Source: Mobula hypostoma
Lineage: Eukaryota
Direction: 5' to 3'
Length of the DNA stretch: 64,000 nt
Assembly (NCBI RefSeq): GCF_963921235.1
Contig: NC_086108.1
Location: 27,840,001-27,904,000 of the forward strand
Within the stretch, counting starts at the first letter, position 1. Each line of letters opens with the position of its first letter. Position numbers and translations under genes: made by a program. Below, piece by piece: positions 39,911-53,086 of the stretch. The notes below the pieces were generated by a model. The model ran no database searches. It was not told the origin of the DNA and saw only the letters and a program-made list of their open reading frames with translations.

Positions 39911-40548
39911 TTTATTCATTTATGGGATGTGGGCATTGCCTGCTAAGCCAGCATTTATTGCCCATCCCTAGTTGCCCCTGAGAAGGTGGTGATGAGCTGC
40001 CTTCTTGAACCGCTGCAGTCCCTGAGGTGTAGGTACACCCACAGTGCTGTTGGGGAGGGAATTCCATGATTTTGACCCAGCAACAATGAAGGAATGGCGA
40101 TATGTTTCCAAGTCAGGATGGTGAGTGACTTGGAGGGGGTTTTCCAAGTGGTGGTGCTCCCAGGTATCTGCTGTTTTCATCCTTCTAGATGGTAATAGTC
40201 ATGGATCTGGAAGGTGCTGCCTTAGGAACTTCGGTGTGTTGTTGCAGTGCATCTTGTAGATAAAGCACACTGCTGCAATTGTTTGTTGATGGTGGAGGGA
40301 TTGGATGCTTGTGGAAGGGTTACCAATCAAGTGAGTTTCCTTGTACTGGATGGTGTCAAGCTTCTTGAGTGTTGATGGAGCTGTACTCATCCAGCAAGTG
40401 GCGAGTATTCCATTACACTCCTCACCTGAGCCCTGTAGATGGTGGACGGACTTTGGGGAGTCAGGAGGTGAGCTACGCGCTGCAGGATTCCTAGCCTTTG
40501 ACCTGCTCTAGTAGCCACAGTGTTTATATGGCTAGACCAGTTCTGCTC
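39911..40548 (-). mobile_element. 5'-truncated CR1-group LINE of a distinct family
   Basis: AGQRLGILQRV...IYRAQVRSVMEYS, WNSLP...FKKAAHHHLL; AATAAA and (ATGA)-type tail. Confidence 0.8.
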
Positions 40549-43500
40549 ACTTGGGGTCCTGACGTAAGTTTGGGACATTATAATGTGTGTGTTCAATATA
40601 ATCAAAAGAGAAGCAATAGATTTGGAAGCTGTTGCCTTCGAACATCAATGCGGCATGTTGATAGCACACAATGGAGCCATGATCCACTGATGATAGAAGT
40701 CCTATTCCAATACTTTCATATTCTGCATTGGCGCAGAAAACTGAGCATATGCAAAATATTCTTCATTAAACCCTTATCATCTTTGATTCATCCCAGATAT
40801 TTTTCTGAGACAGTTCATCAATCAAGAATCAAAACTTCTTTCCATTCCAGCTTTATGTTCTGAAGTGGCTGATGTGGCCAATATGGTTTTCCACGTCTCT
40901 TTTGTGGTGGGTAGGTGGGGACAGAGAGAATGCAATATCACCCCCTAACTCCTATAAATCTCTGGCCCCACCATTGGAAGCTATGCTTTTGAACTGCCCA
41001 GACCTCTGCCTTTGCAATTCCCCTCCTAAATACGTTCATTTTATTTAAGATACTGCATTGATTCTACTCCCTTCCTCATGTTTTTGGTGCCCAGTCATAA
41101 TATCCCCTTTTTCACAAATGTTTATTTTCTTTATCTAAAAACAATCCTAAGAAAACATTGGAACATTGCAATAAAGCAAGGATTTGGAGGTATTGAGCAG
41201 ATCAGGCCATAAATGGTGAAATAGAGTTAACATTTCAAGTTAGGACACTTCAGCAAAACTAGGAAATGTTATGAGGGAAACATGTTTTAAGTTTAAGTCT
41301 TTATTCTCAAATAAAGTTGTTACCTGACCTGCTAAGATTTTCCTGCATTGTCTACCTTTCATTCCAGTATCTGCAATTTTAAGCAGCTGCTTATGGCAAC
41401 TTGTAAAACCTCGAGGTAAAAGTCATGCTTTTGTAGTAATCTGTGCTTCATATGATACAAGGTTGGGAGCATGTGTGATGATTACTGGAAAACTTCATGT
41501 GCCCTTTGTCACAATAGGTCTGAGCCTGCATAGTTTGGTTATTTCCTGTTGCAGGATAAAGTTCCTTCCAAGCTGATGCCTCCTTCACATTGAAATTATT
41601 CATTATTCAAAAGAGAATATGTTTCTAAATGTATCCTTTTTATGAAAGATCTGTGAAAGCTAAGCATATGAAATATGTATTTTTGTCAGAATTAATAGTG
41701 AATTTTAAAAATGCATCAGAACACTTGAAAGGAACATCTCAGGGCTAAAACTAGGTATATCCAAGATATAAACCAATCAGATTGCTTCGCTTATTTGATT
41801 AGGATAAGTCCATTTTGTACAAATTTACAACCTGTGCCTCCAAGCTATTATTTGAGACTGACCTGTCAAAGCAATGTTCACGAAGCCAAAGATATCAATT
41901 AGACACAGCACAATGCATAGCCTTCATTCTTTGACAGTGTCCCATCATAGAGAAAGGATTTGTTCTGACTTCTCAGTTAAAAAAAAATCTGCCATTCCAA
42001 GATAAATTAGTTTCGCAATTCATAGGATTCACATGCCTTCATGCTTCTGCAGATTGGTTTCATGGTCAGGCCCAACCCATGCACCAGTACTTCCAGCCAT
42101 TTCCACTGAGAGATTTATGTTCCCATTCACATCACTCATTTTATATCTGTGAAGAGCCTGTACAGATTTGACAAATACAAACAGACTTATTAATCACTAC
42201 CTCTATAAAGTGATTGCTTGGCAATATCATTGTGTTTTGCCATGTGGCTGCACTAATCTAAGCCAATTTAGTGCATATCGAAACCACTGGCTCAAAAAAT
42301 CATGTCCAAAGTTCAATATTTTCAATTAATGGGCAAAAAATGGACTCAAATGAACAGCTAATTTGAATGCTAGGATCCAACACGCCCTTTTAATTGCAAA
42401 ATGGCCCCTGCATTGGACACTCCAAAAAGCACCTTCATCAGATGTCACAATAGATGAAGGTTTGTCCTTGGCACAGAAAGCCCTTCTTGAAACAGTGTCA
42501 ATGAGGCAGATTATGATACCCAACAGCATACAATGCTATTTTGATGTCAGCAATCCCATTTTAGGCTCCGTATTCCACACAATGTCCTCTTATTTTCACA
42601 CAAAAGAACAAATGAAAGGGATTATCAACTGTTTGCAGATTAGTAGCTGGAATGATTTTCTCGGAAGATTGCTACAATCTACCTAATTTGGATTCTTTCT
42701 AAAAATTAAACTCTTAATAATCCACATGATTTATTCTAACAATTAATGACCATTTTATTGTCTACAGTAGCTGGGGCACAAAGGTGAGCATCCCAGTGGG
42801 GTTTGACCTTAATATTGAGCATAGCAAGAAGAATGAACAGAAGCCACATGGATAGCAGAAACCTCTGGAAGCCGGATCTGAAAGAAGGCTCTTTTCTAAC
42901 CACACCGGGTCACAGCCATTTCAGTTTGGCAAGCATCTAATACTCTGCACCTGGCTTTCTCAGCTTAGTTAAGTAATTATTCTGCTTCTCCTTTTAAGAT
43001 TTGTGGCTGCAAATCTTTTCCCAAATTCATGTAAACAATCTCTCTCCCCACTCCTTTTCTGCTAATGGTGCCATCCCTTCACTTTCCTACTGCAGACAAA
43101 CCTTACCTTTTTTTCTCACATGTTGCCACATTTCCCATAAATCACTGCTTTCAGCTTAACTACATTATCATGGCCACATTCACCATATCTCACTGCCTTT
43201 CTGTATCCCTCCATTTCTTTCCCCTTCTGTCTTCCACTCAATCTGTTCTCACACATCTGCAAAGGAAGAATAAGGATGGAGAATGAAGCTGGGAACAATA
43301 GAATAACAGTGGAAGACAAAGCTGAAAGATAAATGTAAAACTGGAAAGAATGCTCATTTATATGGTTACTTTCCCAATGCAAGATGTCACAAAGTATTTT
43401 CACTTTGAAGGTTATTCACTATTATAATTCAGGAAATGCAGCAAGCAGAACAGTGGAAGTATAACAAATAGGCAGAATGTTAGCAGGAGCACATGGAGAC

Positions 43501-44442
43501 TTAAGCCACTGACTCATAATCAGGCTTAATGCAAACACGTGCAGAGAATGATAACAGTTGCTTGCATGCATCTGCCCATTGCAGATCAGAAGACAATGCA
43601 GCCTTCACTGCTATTACTGTAATATCCTCAAAGATTCTCTCCCAGGAGGAAGCCTTGTGAAAGGTTTATTACAGAATCACTTTGATAAGTGTGAGAAGAT
43701 ATCAAGGATTCTCAAAGGACTAGGATAATTAGGATCCTCCACCATTAATATCCATAGGAAAAAAATCCATCCAAAAGCTTTAGTTTGCAAAACTTATGAT
43801 TACATATCTCAAAGACAATGCTGCATCTGCTGGGATTTGCTTTCAATAGAAAATGCTCTTAGCAGTTCTATAATTATTAATAGATTGAATACCATCACAA
43901 TTTTAGCCAAGGTGTTCAGAAAAAAAAATGCTTGCATTTTTTAGTTTTCATATTTCCATTCTCCTTCATGGTCATCCAGCTCTGTGGTTATTTAAGCAAC
44001 AGGTCTTCCAGTATGTCAGTAAGAAAAGGCCAGTGCAATAAAAGTTGTGTTAAGGAGATAAAACTGAAAGGCTTACCTATATTCTTTCTTAGAGTTGAAC
44101 TAAATCCCTGTTTCTCCACAACAGACAATATCCAGCATTGATTCATCAGACCTAAGTCATCTCAGGGCTCAGATCTCATCTGTCTGAATACTTCTCCATC
44201 ACACATTAGGCACTGCAATATTTGCTAATCACCTCAGCCAGCTTTGTGCATCAGAGACAAACATCAATTCACTGACTGCCTCTCAAATCAGATTCATCTC
44301 ATTGCCCCTTATTCAAAGGTAAAACTTGTCACTGTGTCACTAATAAATGGCCAGAGGAATAAAATTTGTGTTAAGGAGCAAAAACTGAAAGGGGATTGCA
44401 GAAAATTAGTCTTGCCTACTTCCTCTGAGTTTGCCACGTATG

Positions 44443-45715
44443 AATCAGAATCTGGTGTAATATCACTGGCACACACCGTGAAGTTTCTTTTTGTGGCTGC
44501 AATACATTGAAATACATAATAAGCAAAGTAACTATGAATTACAATAAGAAATATATGTAAATTAAATTAAATAAGTCGTGCAAAAAGAGAACAAAAATAT
44601 TGAGGTAGTGTTCATAGATTCATTGTCGGTTCAGAAATCTGACGGCAGAGGGGAAGAAGCTGTTTCTGAAACATTGAGTATGTGTCTTCAGGTTCCTGTT
44701 CTGATGAGAGTCTTAGGCAAGGATGGTAAGGATGAAAGTTCAGGAGTATCAGAGACTAGAATCAAGGCACAATTTCAAGACTGACACAAGAACAAGGTTC
44801 TTGACTGGATACTGGACAAAACCCTGACAAGACTGGACAAGAATCCAAATGAGACAGAAATCCCAAACACAATCACAGACTGAACCAAAGTTGAGTTGAT
44901 GACTGAGTACTGAACCTTAGTTCAGGTGCTCTTTAAGTATCCAAATCTTGCACCAAAACATGGCTACCAATTAGCGAAGCGGGCTAGAATCTTTAAGAGT
45001 CTGCACCAGCTATCCATACTCTGGAGAATCTGAGTGTCTAATCTATGGAGGCTGACATGGTCAGGTACGTACTGTAACACCTGTACTTCCTGGTAAGAAA
45101 AAGTCTTTTTTTGATGGATACTGCCTTTTTGAGACATTGCCTTTTGAAGATGTCCTCGATGCTGTTTACAACTTTCTGCAGCTTTTTCTGATCCTGTGCA
45201 ATGGCCCTTCCATACCACATGGTGATGCAACCAGTTAGAATGCTCTCCAAAATAGAAATTTCCAAGAGTCTATGGTGAAATGTACCGTCTCCTCAAATTC
45301 CTAATAAAACAGAGCTACTGTTGTGCATTCTTTATAATAGCATCAATGTGTTGAAACCAGGATAGATCTTCAGAGATGTTGACACTCAGGAACTTGAGAC
45401 TACTCATCCTTTCCACAGCCAATTCCACAGGGAGGACTGGAGGACTGGTGTGTGTTCTCTCAACTCCTTCTTCATGAAATCCAGAATCAATTCCTTGGTC
45501 TTACTGATGTTGAGTGCAATGTTGATGCTGTGACACCACTCAACCAGCTGATCTATCTCACTCCTGTATGCCTCCTCGTCCCCATCTGAAATTCTGCCAA
45601 CGATAGATGTGCCATCGGCAAATTGACGGATGGGATTTGAGCTGCGCCAAGCCACACAGTCGTGGGTGTAGAGAGAGCAGAGCAGTGGGCTAAGCACGCA
45701 TCATTGAGTGAAGTA
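44443..45715 (-). mobile_element. 5'-truncated Rex1/Babar LINE
   Basis: LSPLLCSLYTHDC, KTKELILDF, ESILTGCITMWYG; (CTGATT)n tail as at 22727. Confidence 0.85.
44700..45079 (-). mobile_element. Probable solo LTR (380 bp) inserted in Rex1
   Basis: CCTGT duplicated at 44695-44699 and 45080-45084. Minus strand begins TGTTACA; the other terminus reads GA rather than CA. Confidence 0.6.
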
Positions 45716-46227
45716 GGTATTGCTATTAGACAACTGACAGCTACTTATATTCTAGTGGGTACAGGTATTGAACATTGGTAAACAACATAGCCATGTTCCA
45801 TTCTGAGACTTTTACTGTACATTTTCCAACCTAAACTGACTAATACATCCTTTCTCAGTAATTGGGAAGATCTCAGGATTTTAAGTGGGTTGGCATTCTG
45901 GAAGGATGAGATCAAACGAACTCATGTTCCCACCTCATTGAAACACATTTTATGACCACATCGGTACACTTCCCTTTCTGGCTGCACAGGATTTTGAAAT
46001 TGATGGAACTGAACTGTCAATACCTCAACACTCAAGATTGGTTATTGAATCTCCTACAACAACCTAGATATTGTCTGCCGTGATACAAAAAAAATCTTTT
46101 TTTTCCATTGAGTGTATGTTCACAAAATAGAGGCATTTTGCTTGAGCCATGACAGAGTACGTTAAGGTGATTCTGAGTTCAATAAGCAACCTTGAGTGCA
46201 TTTAGACTAGAAACTAAGTTGTTTTTT

Positions 46228-46494
46228 TTTATTTACTGATATATAGTGCGGAATCGGCAATTCGAGTTGTGCTGCCTAGCAAACCACCGATGTAATCCTA
46301 GCCTTGCCACAGGAGTATGTAGAATGACCAATTAACCTATCAACCGGTACACCTTTGGTGTAAGGAGCACCCGGAGGAAACCGACACAATCATGGCCAGA
46401 ATATACAATCTCCTTACAGGCAGTAGTGAGAATTCAACCTGGGTCACTGGTACTGTAAACTGTTGTGCTAACCACTACACTACCCTGTTGCCCC
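46228..46494 (-). mobile_element. tRNA-derived V-SINE (HE1-like)
   Basis: Minus strand GGGGCAACAGGGTAGTGTAGTGGTTAGCACA...GGTTGAATTC; V-domain-like GGTTTCCTCCGGGTGCTCC. Confidence 0.8.
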
Positions 46495-46570
46495 AAACTG
46501 TATGCTTCTATAAGTGTATGTTCTATCAAGTGCTATATTTTGAAAGGCCACCCAAATTTCGGTTTGATTC

Positions 46571-46774
46571 TGTACCATATAGCCTACTGTATAATACAGG
46601 ACTACTTTATGTTGTAGTAATACATCATATTGAGCATGCGCTATTAGGCGCGTATGGAGCAGTATATATGTGTGTTCAGTTCGGTTTTAGTTAGTAAAGA
46701 ACACTGTTGATTTAGCTCCCATCTCCAGCGTTTTATTTATTGCGTTGTTATGTAAACTGGCCACATACACAACA
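46571..46774 (+). repeat. Gypsy 5' LTR
   Basis: Direct repeat of 52883-53086; about 17 substitutions and 2 indels by manual alignment. Confidence 0.95.
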
Positions 46775-46777
46775 AAT

Positions 46778-46788
46778 TGGCGACGAGG
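46778..46788 (+). promoter_or_regulatory. Primer-binding site TGGCGACGAGG (complementary to the 3' end of tRNA-Ser(GCU))
   Basis: Lies 3 nt after the 5' LTR; vertebrate tRNA-Ser(GCU) ends ...CCUCGUCGCCA. Confidence 0.8.
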
Positions 46789-46803
46789 TTGATGAACCTA
46801 CAT

Positions 46804-48464
46804 CCAGTGAGATGGAGGAACTGAGCGAAATACATGTTAGTAGGGAAGTGGTGTTAGGTAAATTGAAGGGATTGAAGGCAGATAAATCCCCAGGGCCAGA
46901 TGGTCTGCATCCTAGAGTGCTTAAGGAAGTAGCCCAAGAAATAGTGGATGCATTAGTGATAATTTTTCAAAACTCGTTAGATTCTGGACTAGTTCCTGAG
47001 GATTGGAGGGTGGCTAATGTAACCCCACTTTTTAAAAAAGGAGGGAGAGAGAAACCGGGGAATTATAGACCGGTCAGCCTAACGTCGGTGGTGGGGAAAC
47101 TGCTGGAGTCAGTTATCAAGGATGTGATAACAGCACATTTGGAAAGCGGTGAAATGATCAGACAAAGTCAGCATGGATTTGTGAAAGGAAAATCATGTCT
47201 GACGAATCTCATAGAATTTTTTGAGGATGTAACTAGTAGAGTGGATAGGGGAGATCCAGTGGATGTGGCATATTTGGATTTTCAAAAGGCTTTTGACAAG
47301 GTCCCACACAGGAGATTAGTGTGCAAACTTAAAGCACACGGTATTGGGGGTAAGGTATTGGTGTGGGTGGAGAATTGGTTAGCAGACAGGAAGCAAAGAG
47401 TGGGAATAAACGGGACCTTTTCAGAATGGCAGGCGGTGACTAGTGGGGTACCGCAAGGCTCAGTGCTGGGACCCCAGTTGTTTACAATATATATTAATGA
47501 CTTGGATGAGGGAATTAAATGCAGCATCTCCAAGTTTGCGGATGACACGAAGCTGGGTGGCAGTGTTAGCTATGAGGAGGATGCTAAGAGGATGCAGGGT
47601 GACTTGGATAGGTTGGGTGAGTGGGCAAATTCATGGCAGATGCAATTTAATGTGGATAAATGTGAAGTTATCCACTTTGGTGGCAAAAATAGGAAAACAG
47701 ATTATTATCTGAATGGTGGCCGATTAGGAAAAGGGGAGGTGCAACGAGACCTGGGTGTCATTATACACCAGTCATTGAAAGTGGGTATGCAGGTACAGCA
47801 GGCGGTGAAAAAGGCGAATGGTATGCTGGCATTTATAGCGAGAGGATTCGAGTACAGGAGCAGGGAGGTACTACTGCAGTTGTACAAGGCCTTGGTGAGA
47901 CCACACCTGGAGTATTGTGTGCAGTTTTGGTCCCCTAATCTGAGGAAAGACATCTTTGCCATAGAGGGAGTACAAAGAAGGTTCACCAGATTGATTCCTG
48001 GGATGGCAGGACTTTCATATGAAGAAAGACTGGATGAACTGGGCTTGTACTCGTTGGAATTTAGAAGATTGAGGGGGGATCTGATTGAAACGTATAAGAT
48101 CCTAAAGGGATTGGACAGGCTAGATGCAGGAAGATTGTTCCCGATGTTGGGGAAGTCCAGAACGAGGGGCCACAGTTTGAGGATAGAGGGGAAGCCTTTT
48201 AGGACCGAGATTAGGAAAAACTTCTTCACACAGAGAGTGGTGAATCTGTGGAATTCTCTGCCACAGGAAACAGTTGAGGCCAGTTCATTGGCTATATTTA
48301 AGAGGGAGTTAGATATGGCCCTTGTGGCTACAGGGGTCAGGGGGTATGGAGGGAAGGCTGGGGCAGGGTTCTGAGTTGGATGATCAGCCATGATCATAAT
48401 AAATGGCAGTGCAGGCTCGAAGGGCTGAATGGCCTACTCCTGCACCTATTTTCTATGTTTCTAT
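46804..48464 (+). mobile_element. Young 5'-truncated CR1 LINE nested just downstream of the Gypsy PBS
   Basis: Uninterrupted CR1 RT; 3' UTR ending GGCCTACTCCTGCACCTATTTTCTATGTTTCTAT. Confidence 0.93.
46812..48374 (+). CDS. Intact CR1 reverse transcriptase domain plus C-terminus (520 aa from the first ATG; no endonuclease)
   Basis: KSPGPDG, NYRPVSLTS, QHGF, DFQKAFDKV, SGVPQGSVLGP, FADD, RDLGV, LVRPHLEYC, WNSLP; no stops or frameshifts. Expression is not demonstrated. Confidence 0.75.
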   Translation: MEELSEIHVSREVVLGKLKGLKADKSPGPDGLHPRVLKEVAQEIVDALVIIFQNSLDSGLVPEDWRVANVTPLFKKGGREKPGNYRPVSLTSVVGKLLESVIKDVITAHLESGEMIRQSQHGFVKGKSCLTNLIEFFEDVTSRVDRGDPVDVAYLDFQKAFDKVPHRRLVCKLKAHGIGGKVLVWVENWLADRKQRVGINGTFSEWQAVTSGVPQGSVLGPQLFTIYINDLDEGIKCSISKFADDTKLGGSVSYEEDAKRMQGDLDRLGEWANSWQMQFNVDKCEVIHFGGKNRKTDYYLNGGRLGKGEVQRDLGVIIHQSLKVGMQVQQAVKKANGMLAFIARGFEYRSREVLLQLYKALVRPHLEYCVQFWSPNLRKDIFAIEGVQRRFTRLIPGMAGLSYEERLDELGLYSLEFRRLRGDLIETYKILKGLDRLDAGRLFPMLGKSRTRGHSLRIEGKPFRTEIRKNFFTQRVVNLWNSLPQETVEASSLAIFKRELDMALVATGVRGYGGKAGAGF

Positions 48465-48766
48465 ATCGGAACGCCGCATTATAAGTGATAATGACACTCA
48501 GAAGAAGAGGGCAAGGCCACGAGCCCGAAAGGAAGCGCAAGACACAGTTTGAGCCACAAAACGGCCAACCGAGATCACAGCCGATGTTGACCCTAGGGGC
48601 TGAGGGTCTACCTGCCCTGGAAGGGAGATTAAAAAAAAGGAGTGACACACGCATCTAACTAGAGTACGCATGCGACTTTAGGTAAAAAAAAAGGTCACGT
48701 GAGTCAAAAAGAAATCAAGGGGCTGGGGCTAAATTAACATAACAAGGATAAATTAACATAACAAGG

Positions 48767-51700
48767 ATGGTGTTAATTGGAACCATTACTGCATTTGATA
48801 GTGGCATTGAAGATTGGGCAACTTATATTGAAAGAATAGAGTTGCATTGTGATGCTAATGTGTGAATGATGAAAAGAAAGGCCGCGTATTACTTAATGTT
48901 ATGGGCGCAAAAACATACGGCCTGCTATGGAGCTTGTTAACCCCTGAAAAGCCAGCTGACAAAACATTCAAGCAAATAGTAGACACTCTCCAACAGCATT
49001 TAAACCCCAAACCACAGGCCATTGCTGAAAGATTTAAATACCATAAATGAAATCAGAACAAAAATGAAAGCATTTCTGAATATTGTGCTGAATTGCGCAA
49101 ATTATCAGAACATTGTCAAATTGGAGCTGGTCTATCAGACGCATTGTGGGAGAGGTTAGTGTGTGGCATGCACTGTGAAACCACACAGAAGAAGCTCCTG
49201 TGTGAAAAAGACCTTACATTCGAGAAAGTGCTAAATATCTCAATATCATTAGAAACAGCCGCACAAGGTACTTCCTTGAGATACAACAAAAATCTATGGA
49301 ATATGCCACAAATAAAAAGTCACTGAACAGAAATAAAGGAAAGAAATGTTACCGTTGTGGGAACAGGTCACATGACCCTGATGATTGTTGGTTTAAAGAC
49401 AAAGAATGCAGAAACTGTGGCAAACAGGGCCACATTGGCAGAGTATGCAAAGCTAGTAAACAGCAGAAAAAGGACAAAATACAGAGAAACAACAAACCCC
49501 AGAATGGAAAATACAGCAATGTGCACAAACTGAAAGAAAACGATGTTCATGAAAACTACTCACACAAAAGTGAATTGTCTGCAACTTCACAGTGTTAAAG
49601 ACACAGATGATCGAAGAGTAATATGGATCACTCCAAAAGTGGCAGGCGTGAGACTGAAAATGGAGTTGGACACAGGCTCAGTTTTAACAGTAATCTCTGT
49701 ACACAACTACAATCAACTGTTTTCTCACATACCTCTGAAACAAACTAAACTACTGCTAAAGACTTACACAGGACAGAAAGTGCATTCCAAAGGTAAAATT
49801 AATGTGACAGTGACCCACAGAGACAAAACACAGCAGCTGAACCTCTATGTACTGAAAAGTGGAGGACCACCGTTGCTGGGAAGTGAATAGCTTGGGAAAA
49901 TTCAGTTGGATTGGCACACCATCAAGGCACTAGATGTGTCAGCAAAGGCAGGCAGCAAGGCTACATCTGAGAGACTGTCACAAATACTCTGAAAAGTCTT
50001 TATGAAAGGAATAGGAACACTTCAGGGCATGAAGGCAAAGATTGAGATTGAGGAAAATGCATGTCCAAAATTTCACAAAGCCAGGCCAGTGCCATATGCA
50101 ATCCGTCCTACAGTAGAGGCAGAGCTGAAAAATCTGGAGCAGACCGGGGTCCTGATAAAGGTAGATTGGAATGAATGGGCCACGTCCATTGTTCCAGTGA
50201 TGAAGAAAACCTCCAGCGTGAAACCAGGAAAACCAAGCAAGGTGCGCATATGTGGTGACTTTAAAGTGACTGTTAGCCCAGTTCCCCGCACAGTACAGTA
50301 TTCCCTACCCTGTATTGAGGACATTTTTGCTTCCCTGTCAGGAAGGGAACATTTCACAAAAATTGATTTGACCCAGGCTTACCTCCAAATGGAAATCGAG
50401 GAAGCATCCAAGAAATACCTGACAATAAATACACACAAAAGACTTTACCAATACAACATGTTGGTGTTTGGGATAGCATCAGCTCCTGCAATCTGGCAAA
50501 GGGCAATGGACCAGGCCCTGCAGGGGATTTCAGGGACTCAGTGTTACCTGGATGACATCATTGTCAACGGCAAAGATGACGACGAACATCTTTCTAACCT
50601 GAAACAAGTGCTCACCAGGTTACGAGAATATGGGCTCAGAGCTAATCGCCAGAAATGTGGGTTTTTCAAAAAGGAAATCTCATACTGTGGGCACATGATC
50701 AACAAGGATGGCTTACACATGTCTCAAGACAAGATAGAAGCGGTGCTTAAGGCACCACCACCTGAAAATGTGTCTCAGCTGAGAGCATATCTTGGGACTA
50801 GTGAACTATTACCACAAGTTCTTGTCTAACCTATCCACAGTCCCACACCCACTAAATGCACTATTACAGGCAGGGACACAATGGAATTGGACTGAGAGCT
50901 GTGAGAAAGCGTTTCAAGAAACTAAAAGACACATAACTTCAGAATGGGTTCTTGCACACTTTGACTCCTCCTTACCAATCCGACTAGCTCGTGATGCCTT
51001 GCCCCATGTGATAGGAGCTGTGTTATCGCACAAGTTTCCAGATGGCTCCGAAAGACCAATAGCCTTTGCTCAAGAACGCTAACTTCAGCTGAACGCAACT
51101 ACGCACAGATTGACAGAAGAGGCCCTAAGCCTCATGAGGGGAGTCAAGAAATTTAGTCACTACCTGTATGGCCAAAAGTTTACCCTGTTGACTGACCATC
51201 AGTCTCTTGTGCCAATCTTCAACCCAAACAAAGGAGTTCCAGTGATGACAGCACAAAGGCTACAGCGATGGTCCCTTTTCTTAGGAGGTCACGGGTATGA
51301 CATTGAACACAAGGGGACCAAGTAACACAGCAATGCAGATGGCTTGTCACATTTACTCAGTTCCAAGGTAACTATGCAAATGGATTCAGCAGAGGTCTTT
51401 CACACAACAATAGTTGAACAATTACCAGTAACAAACAGCCTTATTGAAAGGGAAGCACACAATGACCCTATGTTGTCAAAAGTGTAGGACATCACGGTAA
51501 AGGGATGGCCAGCGCGGGGTAACACACTGTTTCCAGCCTTCTCAGCGAGGAAGGAGCAGTTGTCAGTGTGTCGAGGGACACCAATATGTGGCTCACAAGT
51601 TGTGATTCCTCCCAAGCTACGCACCAGAGTGCTGGAGGAACTGCATAAGGAGCACCTGGGTACTGTGAAGATGAAAAGTCTTGCCTGTGCCTATGTGTGG

Positions 51701-52754
51701 TGGCTAGGAATCGATAAACAGATTGAGGACATGACCAAGAACTGCTCTGGATGTCAAAAGATCCAGAACACACCACCACGCCCCCCTCTATCCATGGGAG
51801 TGACCCTCATCACCATGGCAACGAGTGCACATCAACTTTGCTGGACCATTCATGGACTCTATTTTTTCAATCGCCGTCGATGCACATTCCAAATGGCCAG
51901 AGGTCATCAAAATGAAGTCAACCACTTCAGAAAAGACCATAGCAGTTCTGAGGACCATGTTCGCCAGGAATGGCATACTAGAACAAATCTGCACAGACAA
52001 TGGATGACAATTTGTCTCTGAAGAATTCCAAAATTTTATGAAGAACAATAGAATCAAGCACTTTACATCTGCCCCTTATCATCCATCCACAAATGGCTTG
52101 GCCGAATTATTTGTACAGACATTCAATAAAGCCATCAAGGCCATGGACAGCGAAAATCAACCACTGCAACACAAGATAGACAACTTCCTCCTTGCCTATC
52201 ATAATGCAGTTCATGCAACCACTAATCAGACTCCAGCGATGATGTTTCTGAACAGGACCCTGAGGTCCCGCATGGATCTTCTCAAATCAGTTGTACCGCG
52301 TGGTGTGGAGAACAGACAGTTCAAACACTTGAATGCTCAGTCAACATGGAGATTCAGTGTGGGACAGCCAGTTCTAGCATGTGATTACCGGACTGAAAAG
52401 TGGCCACCGGATACAATTTTCGCCATAGATGGACCACTGATGTATAGACTACAGGTAGGAGAGAACGTATGGAGATGGCATGTGGATCAATTCCTGGATG
52501 CTCAGGTGAAAAACACAACAATACCTTGCCCGGACTCCCCTGACATAGAAACAAACACTCCTGATGTGACCACATCAGCCTCATCCACAGATAAGCCTGT
52601 CATCAGTGCTGAGGACCCACCTGATTTACCTGTGGAGACTTATTCCCCAAAGCGAGCGTTTCAGGGAAGACGTTACCCGAAGAGGCAGAGAAGGACCCCC
52701 CAGAGACGTTATAATTATTATAATAATTATTATTATTACATTACTTTATTATAA
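48767..52754 (+). pseudogene. Gypsy gag-pol: Gag with two CCHC knuckles, protease (LDTGS), RT (YLDD), RNase H, integrase; multiple stops and frameshifts
   Basis: CYRCGNRSHDPDDC and CRNCGKQGHIGRVC; MELDTGS; RICGDFK, CYLDDII; TDHQSL; LHKEHLG...CSGC, SAPYHPSTNGLAE. Confidence 0.93.
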
Positions 52755-52869
52755 TTTGATATTATTAAGTTACTAAGTAAACAATTGGTAAGCATTGTAT
52801 GTTAAGGGTACACATATTTGTTTAGCGTAGTGCCCCCAGTAAAAAAAACAGTTGATACACTATTAAAAT

Positions 52870-52882
52870 AAAAGGGGAGGAG
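52870..52882 (+). promoter_or_regulatory. Polypurine tract
   Basis: AAAAGGGGAGGAG immediately before the 3' LTR. Confidence 0.85.
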
Positions 52883-53086
52883 TGTACTGTATAGCCTACT
52901 GTATAATATAGGACTACTTTATGTTGTAGTAATACATCGTATTGAGCATGCACTATTAGACGCATATGGATCTGTATATATGTGTGTCCATGTTAGGTTT
53001 TAGTTAGTAAAGAACCCTGTTGATTTAGCTCCCATCGCCAGCGTTTTATTTATCGCTTTGTATGTAAACCGGCCACATACACAGCA
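52883..53086 (+). repeat. Gypsy 3' LTR
   Basis: Direct repeat of 46571-46774, followed by TSD GATTC. Confidence 0.95.

Larger units (their letters stand above)
46571..53086 (+). mobile_element. Complete but inactivated Ty3/Gypsy LTR retrotransposon (Mag-like, single gag-pol frame)
   Basis: Two 204-bp TG...CA LTRs, GATTC TSD (46566-46570, 53087-53091), PBS, PPT, and domain order gag-PR-RT-RH-IN. Confidence 0.95.

Noticed and set aside
46740..46811. ORF track start at TTG 46740 (544 aa)
   Set aside because: Non-ATG start inside the LTR. The first 24 codons are LTR/PBS sequence that happens to be open; the first ATG is at 46812.
47705..48397. 230-aa minus-strand ORF
   Set aside because: Antisense shadow of the intact CR1 RT ORF; no independent motif.
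48730..48768. 19-bp tandem duplication before the gag ATG
   Set aside because: Simple local duplication in a dead element, with no evidence of function.
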